From the NCBI RefSeq assembly GCF_018350175.1, contig NC_058374.1:74896001-74960000 (forward strand): DNA of 64,000 nucleotides. The letters are read 5' to 3'. Each line of letters opens with the position of its first letter. Position 1 is the stretch's first letter. Of the stretch, positions 1-10,110 are shown piece after piece. Origin of the DNA: Felis catus (lineage: Eukaryota). A program made the translations under genes and the position numbers. The notes below the pieces were generated by a model that saw nothing but the letters and a program-made list of their open reading frames with translations, searched no databases and had not been told where the DNA came from.

Positions 1-1649
1 GGTGACTGTAAAAGAGAATGTCTAGAGCCACAATGAAGTTACTAGAAAGTATTTACTTGAGGAGAGGCGATTAGCTTTATCCAGGACCAAATGTGGTTAG
101 AATAATTTATGATATGAGGAGGGAATGGAAATATGGAAATGACCAAGTGAATCATTCTAGTCTGAACTCTGGATATGTATATGGTACAGTTCGTAGCATA
201 CACCACGTATTTGCTTGTGTTTCTCGTATTTTCACATGCCATCTCTCCCAGTTAGACTCTAACACCTCAACACTGTAACGCCCTAAAACACTGAGTATTC
301 AATTCCTTTCATACACAAACATTTACTCTGCACCAATTACATACAAGGTATTAGGAATACAAAGATGAGTAAGAAATGGTCCCTGCTGCTGAAACACTGT
401 CAACTGGGGGGAAGACAGATCCATAAAAAGATCCTCATAGCAAGAAAATAAAGCCAGTGCAATTGGTAGGAGGCGTGGGAGTCAGGTAAAGAAAAGACTT
501 TCAAAGCAGTAGTCGAGTTACATCACCTTGGCCTGAAGTGGCAGAACCTGTTTTTTAATCCATTTGCTCCCTCTAGACTTAACTCATCAGATGGGTGACA
601 TGAAGACCATGTCTGCAGTCGGGATGAATTGGAATGGGGGGGGGGGGGGGATGAAAGAGGCTTCTCAAGAGAAAAATGAAATGAGGCTCCCAGACTGGGA
701 CTAAAGGGGAAAAAGGGATCTCTCAACTGGAAGAAGATTCAGGGATCATGCTTAAGAGAGGCATAAGGTTTCACTGTAACTGTAATTCCAAATTCTGTGT
801 AATCTACCTTTCAACAGGAGCCCGTGACACCAACTAGCTCCACAAAGACTGAGGAGACGGTGTGATCTACTCCGTTCAGAATATCCAATTAGAACAAAGA
901 CGCGAAGTAAAGTAAGTGGTAGCCTCTATAAGGCTTTATATACATTTTATAAGCACCCCCCCCAAATAAGTGTACCAAACGTGAAGTGAAATGACCTCAA
1001 CAAGGCTGACTTGAAAGTGATAAAGGAGTAAGTTATTGCCAACGAGATAAGTGAAAATACTGCAAAGGCACCGATAAACAGAAATCACCAAACTGAAGAG
1101 AAGCCGGGCATATAACCCAGAGAGACCACGTTAGGGCACACCAAGAAAGAGACGGTTCAAGGGAATTACCAGGAGGCGATGAGCCAGGTAAGCAAACCGT
1201 GGCAGTTAAGGGGGTTTTCATAACCTGGGCAGGAGGGTCCAGACGTTTCTTTCTGGTGGTGGCACACTAGCGATATCACGTCTCAGGGAGATACCACAGA
1301 GTAAAAGAGTTGGAGAAATGTTTACGGGAGACGCAGAAGTAGTCGAGAAATATCACTCAGGTCTCAAGGAAGGCGGGAGGTGAAGCAGGTGTAACAGAAA
1401 GCTGAGCTTCCCGGTGAAAACAGCTTTCCCGTGAGAGAAGACCCTGCTCGGGCGGGAAAGCCCCGAAATCCCAACCGGCCTTTTTGCCCCCAGGAGGGCT
1501 GGGCGCCGAGATGGGGCCTGTGGTAACGACAAGGGAGACGGCCTCTCGCCGGCCCGGGAGAAAGAGGCCTGAAGGAACGGCCTCGGGAAGCCTAACTAAC
1601 GGCCGCCGGCCACATCCCGGCCGGTGGATAGCCGGGGGGAGGGGAGGTG

Positions 1650-1914
1650 GTCCCAGGGGGCGGGGCAGAGGAAAAAGCGCCGTCCCCACAGCCCTCCCAG
1701 CTTCCGCCCAGCCCAACCCAGGCCGCTGGGCCCGGACCGGCANNNNNNNNNNNNNNNNNNNNNNNNNNNNNNNNNNNNNNNNNNNNNNNNNNNNNNNNNN
1801 NNNNNNNNNNNNNNNNNNNNNNNNNNNNNNNNNNNNNNNNNNNNNNNNNNNNNNNNNNNNNNNNNNNNNNNNNNNNNNNNNNNNNNNNNNNNNNNNNNCC
1901 GGAAGAGCCGTCCG
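1650..1914 (+). other. PFKM: PFKM far-upstream non-coding exon 1 (long-isoform transcript)
   Basis: GTCCCAGGGGGCGGGGCAGAGGAAAA.. resembles the recalled 5' end of the human long PFKM mRNA. Donor CCG|GTGGCT at 1914/1915. Partly within the N-gap. Confidence 0.55.
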
Positions 1915-2100
1915 GTGGCTGTGGAGGGGCGGGGGTGGGGCGGGAGGTCAAAGAGCAGAGTTGAGGACTCGGGGGACGCCTGCGCAGTGTGGCCAGGCCT
2001 GAGAAGCCCGGGGACCATCTAAGGCTGAAGTCATAGTTTCCCTGTTCCCCTTTCAGTTTGGGATTTTTTCTCGTTCCCGTTCTCGTTCTCGGATTACTGT
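1743..2100 (-). other. SENP1: SENP1 non-coding exon 1 (5' UTR); donor site probably inside the gap 1743-1898; coding exons lie outside the window to the left
   Basis: Reverse complement of 1899-2100 resembles the recalled human SENP1 5' UTR (...CTCTGCTCTTTGACCTCC...CAGCCACC...CTCTTCCGG). SENP1-PFKM-ASB8 synteny is established. Confidence 0.6.
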
Positions 2101-3136
2101 TAGTGTGCCCGTTGTCCTTCGCTTTTTCCTGTTCCCTCGATCCCCTTGCACGCCGTCTTCTGGTTCCGCTTGGCGATTTTTGCTCTCGCTCAGGTTTCCA
2201 TGGCAGCTTTTTGCTGTGGCCGTCAATCGGAGGAAACTTGTGGCCACTTTGACGGATGTGGACCTGAGAGCTAACTCGAGCTCTATACCGTGTTTCATTG
2301 AGAATCACGGAACGTTAGTGCTTGTAGGAAATATTTTAATCTAACGGTTTCAGGGAAGTGAAGTCATTTCCCAAAGTTATAAAGTGCATGGGAGATCTGG
2401 GACTAGGAAACACGTTTTTTAATTTGCAGGCCTGCAGTCTTTGCACTACATCATGCTTGATTGGCCATTCGGGAGAAGAAAAAAAAAAGCAGTTTGGGAT
2501 TAGTTTAAGTTAGATTCTGGAAACTTGTGGCACTTTACAGACCTCTGGAAGAGTTTGAAACATAGGGAGAGGTGTGAGGAAAGCTATTGGCGGTCCACCA
2601 AAGACCTACTTTTCCGAGTAAAAATAGAAAAGGATCCAGGAGTCTGCCCTCTGAAGAACTAAATGGCCCTGGTGTTGCTCCTGTGACTGAATGGATTAAC
2701 ATATAATCTGTGCTCTACTTAAAAAAAAAAAAAAAAAAAAAAATTGGAAGAAATATGTTTATTCATTCAGACTTTTTACAAAGTCCTTCAACTTGGCCTC
2801 TGGACTCAGGCCCTGTCTAGAAGGCTTGGAGAAATGCTTCTGAGTAGACCCTTTAGACCTCAGAAGTCTGAGCTCAGACTTTATTAAAAGAACGGGAGTC
2901 TCTGTAGGCCCCAGCCTCTTACCTACTCTGGAAAAAAGGAGATGCTTGCTGAATTCAGGAGATCTTGCCCTGTCAAATACATAAAAGTAGATTATTTGCA
3001 TCACTTCACATGCTGATACTACATATTGTCATGTAGTATTGGGCATACCTGATCCGTATCAGTTTTGTCCATCTTAAATCATTCCATAGATCTGTTCATA
3101 TGGATTAAACTCCGTCTCTATTTCTAGGAGACAGCG

Positions 3137-3218
3137 ATGCATAAGGAGGAATTTCATCTGAAATTTTTCATGTGTGTGATTCAATCTCGCGGGTTAGTCA
3201 GGACTCCTCAGAGCACAG
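3137..3218 (+). CDS. PFKM: PFKM long-isoform coding exon A (exon starts 3128): MHKEEFHLKFFMCVIQSRGLVRTPQST
   Basis: Acceptor tttctag|G at 3127/3128, ATG at 3137, donor CAG|GTAC at 3218/3219. Closely matches the recalled human extension MHKDEFHLKFFMCVIQSRQLVRTPQRT. Confidence 0.88.
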
Positions 3219-3869
3219 GTACCATTGTCTCCTGATTATACACCAGTGACAAATGGGTTCTCTTGCAAGAATTTTGATACAGGATGTAAAATTTACTAGT
3301 CTAAATGTAGGCTTTAGGGGTCAACTGACTTTATTCCATCCCCACTATCGTAAAATATTTGTCACTGAGTCATGTCTCTTCCTTGCACAAGTATCAACTG
3401 AGATTTTGGTCTGATATGTGGAAATAGGCCCAGGCAGGTAAGGAGGACTTGGGAGTTAAGGAAGAACAAAATTTATAGCACATGACATGGTAGTTGATTT
3501 CTCTGTCCTTTGTGAATTATTTTAACCTTTCTGGGCTCATCTGTGGGAGTCCTGGTTACAATTGTCATTGATACTCTAAAACCTATAAGATAGAGTTCCA
3601 AAGAAAAATGGCTTTCTATTACATCTCAGTCTCAAAGTATCTAGAGATATGTTCTGCTTTTCTCTCATTTATGTCAAAGGAGTAGAACCTTTTTCAGGTA
3701 AGATAATATTGAGAAAAGTCATCACTTCTCTAATTTTTCACTGAATTATGGAAAAAAGGCCCTGGACAGCTGAGAGTTACAGAGAAAATGAAGGAGAATA
3801 AGTAGCACTTCCTTCCCTGAATCCCACCTTGAGGATAACCTCAAGTAACCTAGAGATACTGCTTTTCAG

Positions 3870-3992
3870 GGGGAGAAGCTTCAACTTCCAGCATGCTCAT
3901 ACAAAAGCCACCACCTGAGATAGACAACATGAAGTATCTACATGCTACGGATGGTCCAGACACTGTGGAAGGCATACCTATTTTGAAAACTG
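3870..3992 (+). CDS. PFKM: PFKM long-isoform coding exon B: (G)GEASTSSMLIQKPPPEIDNMKYLHATDGPDTVEGIPILKT
   Basis: ttttcag| acceptor, |gtgagg donor, 123 nt, phase 1-1, open frame. Matches the recalled human AGEASTSSMLIPKPPPKTDILKSLDTMDDPDTVGSIPVFKT. Confidence 0.88.
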
Positions 3993-4121
3993 GTGAGGCA
4001 TGTAGTTAAACAAGGGGGTGGGGAGAGGTGGAAAGGAGTGTTGGAAAATGAAGTTTATGCATACATTATAAATTAGGATACAACTACCAAATTTGAAATA
4101 TGAATTAAGACACAAGGGAGA

Positions 4122-4123
<2 letters not shown>

Positions 4124-4166
<43 letters not shown>
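4124..4166 (+). repeat. (TG)n microsatellite
   Basis: Directly visible. Confidence 0.98.
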
Positions 4167-4167
<1 letters not shown>

Positions 4168-4899
4168 TGGAGGGGACATAGAGAAAGTAGAAGATCATCT
4201 GGGAAACTAGAAAGAGGGACAGTTCTCTCTATGAAGAACACCTTAATTTAGTCAATAGTAATTCAACTGGCTCATAACTGTAAGGCACTAATCTAGTTTA
4301 TACTATTATTAGCAACCTGGATATGTAAAAATGTGAAACTCAATGGACTATATAAAGGAGTTATTATATTGCAAAGTGATTCCAAATATTGTAAAAACTA
4401 CTCACCTTAGGAATCCATTTAGTAACAAATTTCTGTTGTATATTTTAAATAGTGTTTAACTCACAATTTATATGAAACATTGGAAACACATCCCTAGGTT
4501 TCCTCTCAAATGAAATACATCTATATTGGAGTCAGTTCACTGCAAACATTGCATTCCCACATGTGCCCCAAAATAGACTAGAAATGATAGAGACATTGTA
4601 CAAATTATACATATAAGACATAACCTTGTCATTTTTCTAATAGTTTACAGTTTGACAGATTATTTAGTCCAGATTATTTAGTCCAACTCCTTATATTTCA
4701 GGAAGAAATTCAAGTCTAAAGTGATCTTCCTCAAGAACTTAAATTCATTGGAATAATTAGTCTCAGCACCTGTGAAATATATTGCAGCATTTATCCAATA
4801 ATCTTTTGAGCAGTTACTATTCAAAGTCATTATTCTAGGCTCAATAGCTGTGAACACAAACTAGCATTTTCCCTTTCCCCCAGGAGCCTCTGATCAAGA

Positions 4900-5030
4900 A
4901 GGGAGTTAAGTGAAGAGCTTGATAGTTTTGAGTAAGTGAGTAAGTGAAGTGCTTGATACCTTTGGTTCGAAATGAGTGAGTAAGTGAAGTAAGTAAGTGA
5001 AGGGCTGGATACCTTTGGTTCAAAATGTTG
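4900..5030 (+). repeat. Degenerate minisatellite, about 3 units of AGTAAGTGAAG..GCT(T/G)GATA(CC)TTTGGTTC
   Basis: Directly visible internal repetition. Confidence 0.8.
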
Positions 5031-5774
5031 AATTTCAAAAGAGGATGCCACAGAGATGTAGGGAAGGCAGGGACCAACTGACTGCTTAGGCAGAGCTTCA
5101 CTGAACTCTAGCAGGGCACCATGTAGGCAGGGCACTATGGTCCAAGAGCCAGTCCTAAGCTTTGAAATGCATAAACTATGGCTTAATTCAGTCTCATAAG
5201 TGAACCTAGAGTTAACCATACTCACAAGAAAATGGTTTATACACAAGAATATCAACTTATGAAGACTTTGGAGTAATATGTATCTATATATGACAACGAT
5301 GTGGGGTCTGTGTCCCTTTAATCAGACTTGCTTTGCCCATCCATAAACAGCTGTTAGGTATAAGAAATAAGCCCAGCTGGTGGCCTTGTCCTACAGTTCC
5401 TTGAATTTGTATAGATTATTTCTTATTCCTTTATCTTCCCTGCTTTTCTCATTCTCATTTTGCTCTATACCTAATACTCACTTCAGACCCTCTTAGCTCT
5501 GATGACTCATTTGGACCTGCTTCTGTGGTTTGAACTCAGCATTATCCCATGGAAAAAAATTCTGATGTTAACTTCTGCCTTTAAGCACTGAGACCCCAGG
5601 TAAGAGCTACAGTGAATCCTTCCAGCTTTCCCACTAGAGATGAAGAATCAATATTGGGACCTCTGTTCCTCCTTATCTGTCTCTCTCCCATCTGCTTCCC
5701 TTTGTTTCCTTCCTTCCTTCTTCCCTTCCTCCTTTTCTTCCTCCTTCTCTACTTCCCTCCTTTTTATTCCTTCC

Positions 5775-6300
5775 AAGAAAATTGGCTGAGCGCATACTAT
5801 GTCCGGCACTATAGTTGGCACTGGGAATAAAGCAGCAAACAAAACAAGTACGTTGCCTACTTGCATGAAGTTTTAGTCTTGTGGGAGTAAGAAGTAATCA
5901 CATAATCACACACAGTGGGATTATTCGAATGGTCCTAGTACCATGGAAAACAATAATATTACATAATTAGAATGTAAAAACAGGGTACCTAACCTGGCCT
6001 GAGAGGTTGGAAACACCTTTTCTAAGGAAGTCCTGAAAGATGAGTGTGACTTAGCCAGGAAGAGGGGGTAGAAAAGCTTTTTGGGAAAGAGGACAGTAGA
6101 ATCTGAGTTGAGAAGGAGTTTGGCTCATTAGAGGAATAGAGAAGACCAGTAGAACTTGGGTGAGGGAAGAGTAGCTGGAGAGTGAACTATAAGAATAGTA
6201 TAAGAGCCAAATCATGCTATGCCTTCTAGGTCAAATCACTGAAGAGTGACAGGTCTGGCCCCTGGGTTGAAGATGAATTGGAGGGGGCAAGAGTGGTCAC
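5775..6300 (-). mobile_element. L2 LINE remnant
   Basis: Degraded TGAGCGCATACTATGTCCGGCACT (reverse of the L2 3' end) followed by typical purine-rich L2 antisense sequence; identified by eye. Confidence 0.55.
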
Positions 6301-6686
6301 CTGATCTGGTGGGATGGCAAATGTCACTGTCTTGCTCCATTCCTCACGTAGGGCATGAGTGAGGAAATCATGCCATCAAATAGCATGGTTGGCAGAGGTA
6401 AGCCCAGAGCTACTGATGCCAAAACACCCCCAAAGCCTGGCCTGGCGTCCCTCAGCTGCTGCTGCTGCTGCCAGCCTGAAGAATGCATAGGGACTCCTTC
6501 TAGGATGGTCAGCTTCTTGCCCCAAGTGAAGCTATATGTGGACATGCTGAGCTCTAATCCTGAAGAAAAATGGAACACATTTTGTTTCTAATCTCACACT
6601 TGGCAGGGAAGCAGCTGCAGTTACTATTTTCTCCAAATCCCTGCACATTAGAATAGACAGCTCTGCCTGTACTATGATGAGGCAGG

Positions 6687-6687
<1 letters not shown>

Positions 6688-6728
<41 letters not shown>
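6688..6728 (+). repeat. (TG)n microsatellite
   Basis: Directly visible. Confidence 0.98.
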
Positions 6729-6730
<2 letters not shown>

Positions 6731-8222
6731 CTGGCCTTTAGAGGGTCAGTTCCTAACATAGGGAAGCCATTGGTTCCCACACTGGGGCACAGCAAAGGAG
6801 TGAGTCACCTAGGCCCTAACCTTTGCAAAGAATGGTGGTTAGAATTCCCGGGGAGCCGAGAGTGTAAGACCATCATCTCCAGCAGAATGGCTCATGGGCA
6901 GCAGGTAGCTTTGTGGGCCAGACTCTGGTCCAGCGGATCCAGCTGCCCACTAGACCTAGAGCCTCTCCTCTGCATATACCACTCCTGTTCACTGATGGAC
7001 AGCCGGCCTTAGTAACCTGTGACTCCTGAGATGACTACATATCGGGCTGCAAATGAGGGAGCATACCAGACACCCATCTGCCCCTGTGTTACCACTTCTC
7101 CTTGGAAGGGTAAGACCTTACTACCAGATTCCTCACTTCAGTTAGGCTATCTGTCACCAGCATGGCCGACGTTCCCCCCACCATTCTGTTCTTTTAACAG
7201 TGAGACCATCAAACCTGCTCACGCCCTGGTTTATGCAGACCAGGATGCAAAGTTTCTCCAACACTGTGAATGCAACTGATACGTAAAGATGTCACCATAG
7301 CCAAAGTTTCTTCCAAGCAGGTTATACTGTTTTCTGCATCAGACACAAGATTCTCCATATACAGATGCCATGTTATAAGTGACCCAAGAACCTGTACCCT
7401 TGTTGAAGGAAAATCAGTGGGGGTTCTGCCTCTATAAAGATCATCTTAGTCTCAACTAGTTGCCATTCAACATTGATCTCCTGGTCCCAACCTTCTAGGA
7501 CCAGCTGCAGAGAACTTAAGTTTTCATGAAGCTGAAACTCTCAGGGCTCTTTAAATGTAAACTGAATTGGGAAGATCATTGAGTAAGAAAATAGCCTTAC
7601 AAATTCTCTTCTTTCAGTCAAATATGCAAGGATACCATTAGACCTGTGGAACACTTTTTCCCCCCAATCAATCTTTTATTGATTAATAGAGAAAATCTCA
7701 TGCATCCTCTTAGGCCACCCTACTCTGGGTGGTCCCCTATCAAACTGCCTCTCAAGTCAACCCAGATAAATAGATTTAAGAACTAAATATATATTCCTTG
7801 GAATATAGTGCTTACTAAAACATCTAACCCTTTCACATGCTTGATGAGGTATTAGTAGATCTGAAGTGGAAGACTCCCAGGATTGTCTTATGTAATTATT
7901 ATTTGTCTTCTCTGTTCTGATACCCACCCCCCCCCCCTCAAAGCTTACCTCTTTAAGGAAAGAAAAAGTTTATCTGGTCTAAGCTTGAGGCTACATATCT
8001 TAGCTGAAGAGTTTATTTTCCTCTGCCTTAATCAAGGCTTGAAGTTAGTGCCTTCAGCCTATAGTAGAGGTCATCTGGACACCTGTGACTTCTTTCCTGA
8101 GCTAGCTTTCCCAAGAATTTGATAGTAATTGGTGAAAATGACTTCATAGGACCTATTCAAGCCTTTTTGGCATGCAAGTTCATTTTTCAAGTGATGGTGT
8201 TCTCAGACCTCCACAACTTGGA

Positions 8223-8405
8223 ACAATTGTTCTCAAACTTTATCGTGCATCAGAATACCTGGAGGGTTTGTTAAACCACATTGCTGAGACCCCAGCCCTA
8301 GAGTTTTTGATTCAGTAGGTTCCAGGTCAGACCCAAGAATTTGCATTTCTGACAAATATCCAGATAATGCTGAATCTGCTAAACTGGCATTGTCTTAAAC
8401 CAGTG
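8223..8405. mobile_element. MER5A-like hAT-Charlie MITE
   Basis: TTCTCAAACTTT..GCATCAGAAT-ACCTGGAGGG..GATTCAGTAGG..GAATTTGCATTTCT pattern. Confidence 0.65.
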
Positions 8406-8779
8406 CCCTACATCAGAAACATTAGTATCAGTGGCTGGTGGCGGCTGCTCTGTCTCCAGGAGTCATCCTCTCCCAGCCAGAGCCAAAGATGACTCTCTAG
8501 TGCAGACAGTGGTTTACTGTCTATGCCCAGGGTCTCTCCTTAAGGAGTTTTCCATTCTGGTGGAAGGAAACATAATTACTAGATGAGATCTAGGAGTTTT
8601 GTAGGAGTGAGAGGACCAGATAGATGTTCCAACTCAGAGAGAGGCTCATACCCAATTGCTGCATGTATTTCACAACATCAACCCACCACATCATTGTAGC
8701 CCATTTACAATTCTGAGTCAAGTCCAAAGGAAATCTTAGTGATCCTCTGGTATGACACTCCTACCTTATTCCTGTTTTA

Positions 8780-9325
8780 GAACCTTTGCATTTGCCCTTC
8801 TCCCTATCTGAAAGCTGTTCCTCCAAAGGTAGCATGGTTTTCTTTCTTGTATGTTCAAACCTCTTCCTAGAATGTCATCTCAGCAAGGTTTTTCCAGTCC
8901 ACCCTATTTAAGATAGCACCTTTGTCACTCTGCTTCTTCTTTTTTTTAAGTTTACTTATTTAAGAGGGAGCAGGTGTACAGCAGGGAATTGGCAGAGAGG
9001 GAGACAGAGAGAGAGAGAATCCCAAGCAGGCTCCACATTGCCAGCACAGAGCCCAACACAGGGCTCAAACTCACAAACCACGAGATCATGACCTGAGCCA
9101 AAACCAACTGACAGAGCCACCCAGGTGCCCCTGTCACTCTGCTTCTTTGCTCTGCTTTATTTTTCTTCAAAGCACATATCACTACTTGATTTATTTGTTT
9201 ATTATCTGTTTTCCTCACTAGAATGTATGAGGACAGATCTTTTTTTTTTTCCATCCTGGATCCCCTTGAGTCTAGAACAGTGCCTACCATGTAATAGGTG
9301 CTCAGTATTTGCTGACTGAATGTGT
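8780..9325 (+). mobile_element. L2 3' end remnant interrupted by a SINE
   Basis: CTAGAATGTA..CTAGAACAGTGCCT..TAGGTGCTCAGTATTTGCTGACTGAATG. Confidence 0.65.
8937..9131 (-). mobile_element. CanSINE with 15-bp TSD TGTCACTCTGCTTCT (8922-8936 / 9132-9146)
   Basis: Poly-T tail, (GA)n tract, CCACCCAGGTGCCCC head, exact TSD. Confidence 0.95.
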
Positions 9326-10110
9326 GAAACCTAGAGTAATGCTATTTCCTATTCTTCTGGGTTAGAGTCATACCTGGACAACTGCCATACCTACTTCTCA
9401 TTCCCAAATGTCCTGGTACACCATTACTAGCATCCTTAACATCATCTTCATCATCTCATCACAGTGGTCTAAATGTAGATCTGTACTCATTCCATAGTCA
9501 TGACACCATCCTTGTGGTAATGAATGGGCTCATGAGTATGGCATACATCATTCTCTTTATTGCCCCCCCCCCCAATCTGTGCCAGCGTTAGGTAATCATT
9601 GTCAAAGAGATGTTCTGTCTTCATGATCTACTCAACTTTCTGGTAATAATGTCTAGCTTTATACTGGTTTGGAGGGTACTGTCCAAAGCTTTCTATATCT
9701 TCATTTACCTACCCACTACTTAGCAGAGCTAACGGTCAGGGCATATGAACCACATACTTTAGAATACTTCAGCTGGTTTACTGAAGTGCCCTACTAGCTC
9801 AGGATGCTAGTAATGGTGTACCAGGACATTTGGGAATGAGAAGTAGGTATGGCAGTTGTCCAGGTATGACTCTAACCCAGAAGAATAGGAAATAGCATTA
9901 CTCTAGGTTTCACACATTCAGTCAGCAAATACTGAGCACCTATTACATGGTAGGCACTGTTCTAGGGGATCAGTGGATGGAAAAAGGGGATCCAGGATGG
10001 AAAAAAAAAGATCTGTTCTCATGGAGCTTACATTCTAGTGAGGAAAACAGATAATAAACAAATAAATCAAGTAGTGAAAGTGCTTTGAAGAAAAATAAAG
10101 CAGAGCAAAG
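9145..10110. repeat. Inverted repeat: arms 9145-9436 and 9801-10110, spacer 364 bp
   Basis: 9272-9436 is the exact reverse complement of 9801-9965 (165 bp); outer parts match with a few substitutions and indels. Confidence 0.97.

Larger units (their letters stand above)
1240..2300. promoter_or_regulatory. CpG island / bidirectional promoter shared by SENP1 (-) and the long PFKM isoform (+)
   Basis: High GC and CpG density. E2F-type GCGGGAAA at 1452-1459, ETS CCGGAAG at 1899-1905, GC boxes at 1926-1945, NRF1-like ACGCCTGCGCA at 1976-1986. Confidence 0.85.

Noticed and set aside
1357-2344. Many overlapping ORFs (105-238 aa) in the first CpG island
   Set aside because: GC-rich, stop-poor sequence read through N-runs. 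No recognisable domain; explained by promoter/UTR composition.
4900-5030. Repeat units with variable spacers that superficially resemble a CRISPR array
   Set aside because: Eukaryotic DNA, only ~3 degenerate units, no cas genes. An ordinary minisatellite.
7184-7326. Possible 120-nt exon (TTCTTTTAACAG| ... CAG|GTTATA)
   Set aside because: Weak donor and stops in all three frames, with no other support.
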